A stretch of DNA of 18,610 nt, taken from NCBI GenBank assembly GCA_008080735.1, contig SHMW01000084.1, positions 1-18,610 of the forward strand. Direction: 5' to 3'. The notes below the pieces were generated by a model. It saw nothing but the letters and a program-made list of their open reading frames with translations. It was not told the DNA's origin and ran no database searches. The translations under genes were made by a program, and so were the position numbers. The first letter of the stretch is position 1, and each line of letters starts with the position of its first letter. This document shows positions 17,365-18,610 of this stretch, one piece after another. Source of the DNA: Promethearchaeota archaeon. Its GTDB lineage: Archaea; Asgardarchaeota; Lokiarchaeia; Sigyniarchaeales; SOKP01.

Positions 17365-18468
17365 ATGAATATAAAAAATCAACGACTTGGAATTTTATTT
17401 GATTATGATTTTTCCAAGCAACATAATCCTCCCTACCCTCATCCCGCCTTTATTTCGTATGAGAATCCTTTAAGACTTAAGGTAATTTACAACTATTTCG
17501 AGAAGATTCGTATATTTGAAGATGAGCGTATTATTAAATTAGCTCCGAGAATAATAGGTAAAAAACTTCTTACAATAGCTCATTCGCAATATTATATTGA
17601 TACTGTGAGACGGCTTTCTCAATTCGGAAGCGGCCTATTATCTGAGGAGGTCTTCGTGGTAAAAGACACTTATTTACTGGCTAAAAAAGCAATCGGGGGT
17701 GTGATTGAGTGTATTGATGCGGTCTTGAATAATCGCGTTGATCACGCTTTTGCACTCGTACGCCCTCCAGGGCATCATGCAATGCGTGAGAAAGGTGCAG
17801 GATTATGTATATTTAATAATATCGCAGCATCACTATTGAATTTAAAGAAAAATGGTTATGATAAAAAAATTGCCATAATCGACATAGATGATCATTTCGG
17901 AGATGGAATTGCGCAATATTTTTACGAAGATCCCGATGTACTCTATTTTTCTGTCCATGAATTCGATTTTTTAGAAGGAGATATTGGATTTATAACCGAA
18001 ACGGGTGCTAAGCGGGGCAAGGGTACTACGATTAATTTTCCTATTCCTATGAACACTACGGACGATAATTTTTTAGAATTTATGGATATTCTCAACCCAG
18101 TGTTGAGAGAATTCCGTCCCGAACTGATTATTATAGCAGTAGGAGTCGATATGTATTTTGCAGACCAAATTGGAAATTGTTTGCTTACTAGTAAATCCTA
18201 TTATGATTTCACTTGTAAAATGAAAGAAATAGCAGAAGATTTATGCGATGGTCGGCTGGTCTTTGTATTGGAGGGAGGATATAACCTGATTGGGCTCCCA
18301 ATATGTGTTTATTCCATCATCAGAGCACTCCTTAAAGAGGAATACATATCACACGATTTCGAACACCTAGATTTTTCGAAATTTCGGAGTAATATTGAAT
18401 TACTCAAAATCAAGGAAGCTTTAACAGGTATTTTGAGCGAGTATTGGACATGTTTCGAAAATGAATAA
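17359..18468 (+). CDS. Zn-dependent histone deacetylase superfamily protein (HDAC/AcuC/AphA-like); ATG at 17365 is the likely start
   Basis: E.P.RL, RPPGHHA, GLCIFNNIA, IDIDDHFGDG (Zn ligands D and H), SVH, G...G.G.TINFP, GVD....D.IG, VLEGGY (catalytic Tyr). Confidence 0.94.
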   Translation: MYMNIKNQRLGILFDYDFSKQHNPPYPHPAFISYENPLRLKVIYNYFEKIRIFEDERIIKLAPRIIGKKLLTIAHSQYYIDTVRRLSQFGSGLLSEEVFVVKDTYLLAKKAIGGVIECIDAVLNNRVDHAFALVRPPGHHAMREKGAGLCIFNNIAASLLNLKKNGYDKKIAIIDIDDHFGDGIAQYFYEDPDVLYFSVHEFDFLEGDIGFITETGAKRGKGTTINFPIPMNTTDDNFLEFMDILNPVLREFRPELIIIAVGVDMYFADQIGNCLLTSKSYYDFTCKMKEIAEDLCDGRLVFVLEGGYNLIGLPICVYSIIRALLKEEYISHDFEHLDFSKFRSNIELLKIKEALTGILSEYWTCFENE

Positions 18469-18469
18469 G

Positions 18470-18496
18470 AGAGAAGAATTAAGAAAAAAGGAAAAA
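18470..18496 (-). terminator. Oligo-T terminator for the minus-strand profilin gene
   Basis: A-rich purine tract on the plus strand, reading TTTTTCCTTTTTTCTT on the minus strand, about 22 nt downstream of the TAA at 18518-18520. Confidence 0.45.
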
Positions 18497-18517
18497 TGGA
18501 TCTGAGATGGAATCAGC

Positions 18518-18610
18518 TTATAGAATGGATTCTAATTTTCTTGCAAATTCTTGTACCGTAAACAATGCATCACGCGGACCGACTTGAGGGTTGATATAAC
18601 ACACCAAGGC
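18518..18610 (-). CDS. 3' end of an Asgard (Loki-type) profilin, truncated by the window edge
   Basis: Minus-strand frame reads ...ALVCYINPQVGPRDALFTVQEFARKLESIL*. This matches my recollection of the Lokiarchaeal profilin C-terminus (AL..Y.NP..GPRD.LF.VQE.A.KL): final beta-strand, GPRD turn and C-terminal helix. Confidence 0.8.
   Translation of the reverse strand, partial: ALVCYINPQVGPRDALFTVQEFARKLESIL

Noticed and set aside
1-18610. CRISPR arrays, tRNA/rRNA, IS elements, integrases
   Set aside because: No regularly spaced repeats, GC-rich structured RNA blocks, transposase motifs or terminal inverted repeats were seen by eye.

Overview
AT-rich archaeal genomic window, most likely from an Asgard archaeon (Lokiarchaeia). 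The evidence is a truncated Loki-type profilin C-terminus at the right edge, a polytopic membrane protein with a C-terminal longin-like domain, an SDS22-like LRR protein and oligo-T terminators. It holds about 13 intact, mostly non-operonic genes: SDR, TfoX-N-like protein, LRR protein, conserved hypothetical, DUF1801-like protein, BCP peroxiredoxin, aldehyde dehydrogenase, 3-hydroxyacyl-CoA dehydrogenase, LURP-one/scramblase-like protein, amidohydrolase, cyclase-family hydrolase, membrane-longin protein and HDAC-family deacetylase. The standout is a separate 1091-aa ORF (2852-6127) fusing a complete radical-SAM glycyl-radical activating enzyme to a complete GCVE-type glycyl radical enzyme that has an amphipathic/basic insertion, i.e. 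a candidate self-activating and possibly membrane-associated GRE of unknown substrate. Two features are not resolved by the ORF track: a triple-frameshifted PsbP/DcrB-like pseudogene (2234-2694) and the 3' end of an Asgard profilin (18518-18610, minus). I saw no rRNA, tRNA, CRISPR array or mobile element. All family assignments come from motif recognition by eye; no searches were run.
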